Both the position numbers and the translations under genes were made by a program. Under the pieces are notes generated by a model. The model saw only the letters and a list, made by a program, of their open reading frames with translations. It ran no database searches and was not told the DNA's origin. A stretch of 31,780 bases of DNA, taken from contig SXRG01000025.1 in the NCBI GenBank assembly GCA_005793645.1, forward strand, positions 1 to 31,780. The letters are read 5' to 3'. How positions within the stretch are numbered: position 1 is the stretch's first letter; each line of letters begins with the position of its first letter. Source of the DNA: Burkholderiales bacterium (GTDB taxonomy: Bacteria; Pseudomonadota; Gammaproteobacteria; Burkholderiales; Thiobacillaceae). Of the stretch, positions 27,533 to 31,780 are shown piece by piece.

Positions 27533-28558
27533 TCAACCCTGACGAGCCGCCAGCGCATCCAGCGTGCTACGCGCCGCGCCACTGGCGAGGACCGTTTGTG
27601 CAGCCAGCACGCCTTCAGCCAAACTGCCCGTCCTCCCACTAACATATACGGCTGCGCCCGCGTTAAGGGCCACGATATCGCGCGCCGGACCAGGTTGGTT
27701 GTCTAGCGCCGCCAACAACATGGCCCTCGATTCTTCAACGCTGTTCACCCCCAGTTTTTCGGACGCAATGCGTGCCAGGCCAAAATCCTCAGGATTTAGG
27801 GTGTACTCACTAATCTGGCCGTTCTTCAATTCGGCCACATAAGTCGCAGCGCCCAGGCTGATCTCATCTAACCCATCATCTGCATGGACGACCAGTACAT
27901 GATGGCTGCCCAGCTCACGCAACACCTCAGCCAGCAAACGCGTATAAGTACGGTCAAACACGCCTAATACCTGATTCGGCGCACCGGCCGGGTTGGTCAT
28001 TGGGCCAAGTAGATTAAATAGGGTACGCACACCCAATTCGCGACGCACCGGCGCGGCGTGTTTCATGGCACTGTGATGATTGGGCGCAAACATAAAACCG
28101 ACACCAATCTCGCGCACTGCCTGCGCCACGGCCTCGGGCGACAGGTTGACATTAACGCCCAGCGCCTCCAACACATCGGCACTACCCGATTTGGATGACA
28201 CCGAGCGGCCGCCGTGTTTAGCCACCTTTGCACCGGCCGCCGCAGCGACAAAGGCCGCCGCCGTCGATACGTTAAAGGTGTGTGCACCATCACCGCCAGT
28301 GCCACAGGTATCGACCAAATTCTCTGTCGCAGCAAGCGGAACCTTGGTAGAAAGTTCACGCATAACAGTCGCTGCGGCGGCCAGTTCAGTCACCGTCTCG
28401 CCCTTGCAACGCAGGGCCACTACGGCACCGGCGATCTGCGCCGGGGTCAATTCCCCGGTCATGATGGCACGCATCAAGTCGAGCATCTCCTCGCGTGACA
28501 AATCGGCTCGAGCGATCAATTTAGACAACAAAGCCGGATAGTTCATGGTTTTTGTCAT
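27533..28558 (-). CDS. trpD: Anthranilate phosphoribosyltransferase
   Basis: [44 protein letters not shown]. Confidence 0.97.
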   Translation of the reverse strand: MTKTMNYPALLSKLIARADLSREEMLDLMRAIMTGELTPAQIAGAVVALRCKGETVTELAAAATVMRELSTKVPLAATENLVDTCGTGGDGAHTFNVSTAAAFVAAAAGAKVAKHGGRSVSSKSGSADVLEALGVNVNLSPEAVAQAVREIGVGFMFAPNHHSAMKHAAPVRRELGVRTLFNLLGPMTNPAGAPNQVLGVFDRTYTRLLAEVLRELGSHHVLVVHADDGLDEISLGAATYVAELKNGQISEYTLNPEDFGLARIASEKLGVNSVEESRAMLLAALDNQPGPARDIVALNAGAAVYVSGRTGSLAEGVLAAQTVLASGAARSTLDALAARQG

Positions 28559-29127
28559 CTCGTTTGCTCCAGAAAGTTACGCAACAGATCATGACCGTGT
28601 TCAGTCAAGATGGACTCGGGATGAAACTGAACCCCCTCTACGGCCAAGGTCTTGTGGCGTACGCCCATGATCTCGCCATCGGCCGTCCAGGCAGTGATTT
28701 CCAGACACTCCGGCAAGGTTTCCTTCTCAATCACCAGCGAGTGGTAGCGTGTCGCCGTGAATGGGTTGGGTAGACCACGGAACACACCCATGTTGTGATG
28801 CTGAATCGGCGAGGTCTTGCCGTGCATCAGTTGTTTGGCATGGACGATGTGCCCACCAAACGCCTGGCCGATGCTCTGATGCCCCAGGCATACGCCCAAG
28901 AGCGGAATCTTTCCAGCCAGCGCGCGAATCAGCGGCACCGAAATGCCCGCCTCGTTGGGCGTACACGGCCCCGGCGAGATCACCACGCGATCCGGCGCAC
29001 GGGCGATCACCTCATTGACCGTCACCTCGTCGTTACGCACCACCTCAACCTCACAGCCGAGCTCACCAAAATACTGCACAAGGTTGTAGGTAAAGGACTC
29101 GTAGTTGTCGAGCATCAAGAGCTTCAT
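28555..29127 (-). CDS. trpG: Anthranilate synthase component II (glutamine amidotransferase)
   Basis: SPGPC, GVCLGHQ, TRYHSL, QFHPES. Lies between trpE and trpD. Confidence 0.95.
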   Translation of the reverse strand: MKLLMLDNYESFTYNLVQYFGELGCEVEVVRNDEVTVNEVIARAPDRVVISPGPCTPNEAGISVPLIRALAGKIPLLGVCLGHQSIGQAFGGHIVHAKQLMHGKTSPIQHHNMGVFRGLPNPFTATRYHSLVIEKETLPECLEITAWTADGEIMGVRHKTLAVEGVQFHPESILTEHGHDLLRNFLEQTR

Positions 29128-30611
29128 ACGCCCGCCTCACTCGTCAGCGCCAGTTCCGCAGCGCGCACCACGGCCCGAGCCTTGTTACGGGTTTCCTGCC
29201 ATTCGTTTTCGGGTACAGAGTCGGCAACAATGCCGGCACCGGCCTGAACATACAGTGTGTTGTCCTTGATGATGGCCGTGCGGATGGCAATGGCGACATC
29301 CATATCACCGTTAAAACCCAGATAACCTACCGCACCGGCGTAGATGCCGCGTTTCGTGGGTTCTAGTTGATCAATGATCTCCATCGCCCGAATCTTGGGC
29401 GCACCAGAGACGGTTCCGGCGGGGAAGGTAGCGCGCAGCACGGCCATAGCATTGAGACCCGCCTTCAAGCGGCCTTCAACATTGGAGACGATGTGCATGA
29501 CATGCGAGTAGCGCTCAACCGACATATTTTCGGTAACATGCACGGAACCCACCTCGGCCACGCGACCCGTGTCGTTACGCCCCAAGTCCATCAACTGAAC
29601 ATGCTCAGCGCGTTCCTTAGGGTCGGCCAGAAGTTCTTGTTCCAGACGAATATCGTCTTCACGAGTGATGCCACGCGGACGCGTGCCCGCGATGGGGCGC
29701 ACGGTAACACACTTGCTCCCTCCCTCGTCTTCCTCCAGTCGCACCAGAATCTCCGGGCTGGAACCGACAATCTGAAAACCGCCCATATCGTAATAGAACA
29801 TATAGGGTGAGGGATTAAGGCTGCGCAGGCTGCGGTACAGCGACAGCGGATGGCCATGAAACGGCCGACTCATGCGCTGTGAAAGCACCACCTGCATGAT
29901 GTCGCCGTCGAGGATGTAACGCTTGGCACGATCCACTGCCGCCTTGAAACTCGCCTCACCAAACTCGGACACCGCATCATGTGCCTCACCACGCACCGGC
30001 GCGGGGGCATGGGCGGGCTTGTTCAGTTGCGCGGCCAAGTCATTGAGGCGCGCCTGGGCATTCAGCCAAGCATCCGGCTCCATCGGATCAGCATAGACAA
30101 TCAGAGTCAACTGACCGGACAAGTTGTCGATCACGGCCAGCTCGTCGGACAACAATAGCAGGATATCAGGCGTGCCGATGGCATCAGGCTTACTCGCCTG
30201 CGCCAGTTTCTTCTCAATATAGCGTACCGTGTCGTAGCCGAAGTAGCCCGACAAACCACCCGGAAAGCGCGGCAGTCCGGGCACGGATGCCACCTTGAAA
30301 CGGGCCATGTAGCCTTCAATAAAGGCCAGCGGATCGACCGCGCTGGTCTGCTCCACTGCCACACCATCCGTCTCGACACTGACGAAATGACCATGCACCC
30401 GCAACACCGTACGCGCCGGTAGACCAATGAAGGAATAGCGCCCAAAACGCTCCCCACCCACTACGGATTCAAGCAGATAGGAATACGGTTTGTTACCAAG
30501 TTTTAAGTACAACGAAAGCGGCGTATCAAGGTCGGACGGCAAGCGTCGCACCACCGGGATACGGCTATAGCCCTCGCGAGCCAATTGGTTGAATTTTTCT
30601 TCGTTGAACAT
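29124..30611 (-). CDS. trpE: Anthranilate synthase component I
   Basis: [53 protein letters not shown]. Confidence 0.97.
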   Translation of the reverse strand: MFNEEKFNQLAREGYSRIPVVRRLPSDLDTPLSLYLKLGNKPYSYLLESVVGGERFGRYSFIGLPARTVLRVHGHFVSVETDGVAVEQTSAVDPLAFIEGYMARFKVASVPGLPRFPGGLSGYFGYDTVRYIEKKLAQASKPDAIGTPDILLLLSDELAVIDNLSGQLTLIVYADPMEPDAWLNAQARLNDLAAQLNKPAHAPAPVRGEAHDAVSEFGEASFKAAVDRAKRYILDGDIMQVVLSQRMSRPFHGHPLSLYRSLRSLNPSPYMFYYDMGGFQIVGSSPEILVRLEEDEGGSKCVTVRPIAGTRPRGITREDDIRLEQELLADPKERAEHVQLMDLGRNDTGRVAEVGSVHVTENMSVERYSHVMHIVSNVEGRLKAGLNAMAVLRATFPAGTVSGAPKIRAMEIIDQLEPTKRGIYAGAVGYLGFNGDMDVAIAIRTAIIKDNTLYVQAGAGIVADSVPENEWQETRNKARAVVRAAELALTSEAGV

Positions 30612-30619
30612 TCAGCGTG

Positions 30620-31300
30620 CTATTTTCTGGTCAGCATCTCCGCTGCTGCCACTAGACTAGGCACCACGGCATCCAGATCCAGTTCATCCACTGGCCGACC
30701 TCGGTTATAACCATACGGCACGCAAAACACCGGGCAACCGGCCGCACGCGCAGCCTGAGTATCATTAAGCGAGTCACCAATCAGCAGTAACTCAGCGGGT
30801 TCTACGCCAAACGCCTGGGCGGCATGCAACAACGGCAAGGGATCAGGTTTTTTCTTGGGCAGTGAATCGCCGGACACCACAATATCGAAATACGACAGCA
30901 ACCCGGTATCACGCAACAGCGGCAGGGTGAACTGCTCGGCCTTGTTAGTCACACAGGCAAGCTTGAAACCCTGATGTTGCAACTTTTGCAAACCTTCCAC
31001 CACACCCGGAAACGGCCGACTCTTGCGCGACACATGCGCGCCGTAATGCTTCTGATAGATCGCCAGCGCCCGCGCACCCAGCTCGGGCTCTGGCTCAGTG
31101 TGAAGGTCGCGGGTCAGGCAGCGCTTGACAAGACGCGACACGCCATTGCCAATATAGGTCTTGATCTCATCCAGATCCAGCACTGGCAGCCCCAACTCCT
31201 GCAGCATGGCGTGAGCGGCATCGGCCAGATCCGGCGCGGTGTCGAGCAATGTGCCGTCAAGATCGATCATGACGGCACGAACCGCGAGGGGAAAATTCAT
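30620..31300 (-). CDS. gph: Phosphoglycolate phosphatase (HAD family)
   Basis: DLDGTL.DT, VTNK, KKPDP, IGDS.ND, YGYN. Located in the rpe-gph-trpE block. Confidence 0.95.
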   Translation of the reverse strand: MNFPLAVRAVMIDLDGTLLDTAPDLADAAHAMLQELGLPVLDLDEIKTYIGNGVSRLVKRCLTRDLHTEPEPELGARALAIYQKHYGAHVSRKSRPFPGVVEGLQKLQHQGFKLACVTNKAEQFTLPLLRDTGLLSYFDIVVSGDSLPKKKPDPLPLLHAAQAFGVEPAELLLIGDSLNDTQAARAAGCPVFCVPYGYNRGRPVDELDLDAVVPSLVAAAEMLTRK

Positions 31301-31780
31301 CAGACTTTGCTCAACTCGGCGCGCATGGCAGCCACGATGCTGTCATAGTGGTGTGCATCCGTGTCCTTGCGGGCACCGAAGATGGCCGAGCCGGCAACAA
31401 AGGTATCGACACCCGAACGCGCCACCTCGGCGATATTGGCCGGGCCCACGCCACCATCAATCTCTAGACGGCAGGCATGACCACCAGCATTGATCATCGC
31501 GCGGACCTTCTTCGCTTTTTCCAACACATAAGGGATAAACTTCTGACCGCCAAAGCCGGGGTTGACCGACATCAGCAACACCATGTCGAGCTTGGGCAGG
31601 GTGTATTCCAGAATGTCCAGCGGAGTGGCCGGATTAAACACCAAGCCGGCCTTACAGCCGCTTTCCTTAATCAGACCGATGGTGCGATCAATGTGCTCGG
31701 AGGCTTCCGGATGGAATGTGATGTAGGTGGCGCCGGCCTTGGCGAAGTCGGGGATGATACGATCGACCGGCTTACCATCA
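31300..31780 (-). CDS. rpe: Ribulose-phosphate 3-epimerase, 5'-partial (runs off the window end)
   Basis: [49 protein letters not shown] overlap with gph. Confidence 0.95.
   Translation of the reverse strand, partial: DGKPVDRIIPDFAKAGATYITFHPEASEHIDRTIGLIKESGCKAGLVFNPATPLDILEYTLPKLDMVLLMSVNPGFGGQKFIPYVLEKAKKVRAMINAGGHACRLEIDGGVGPANIAEVARSGVDTFVAGSAIFGARKDTDAHHYDSIVAAMRAELSKV

Overview
A 31.8 kb stretch, probably a whole contig, from a betaproteobacterium-like, probably sulfur-oxidising organism. The taxonomy is inferred from gene content and order only. The backbone is housekeeping: argD-argF-(cyt c')-argG, comEC, lolC/E-lolD, plsC, trhP, a ROK kinase, a GlcD-like oxidase, dksA-like-nadE-glnB, tRNA-Arg(CCT) and rpe-gph-trpE-trpG-trpD. 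Two sulfur modules sit within it. The first is an orphan, divergent mono-heme soxXA pair. The second is a five-gene cluster: a membrane-anchored octaheme tetrathionate-reductase-family cytochrome, a cytochrome b, a small cytochrome c, a YeeE/YedE transporter with its halves swapped, and a triple-rhodanese lipoprotein. This cluster is the best candidate for an under-described system, a quinone-linked periplasmic polythionate/thiosulfate/sulfane-sulfur module. Other notable signals are an exactly spaced class II FNR-type promoter in front of an uncharacterised 387-aa protein with a HIT-like motif, and an inverted DnaA-box pair plus an IHF consensus site upstream of argD. Both ends of the window look unreliable: a thiD/argG chimeric junction at about 129/130 and a probable 1-nt deletion in rpe at about 31774. 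No mobile element, CRISPR array or rRNA was seen. All family calls come from motif recognition, not database searches.
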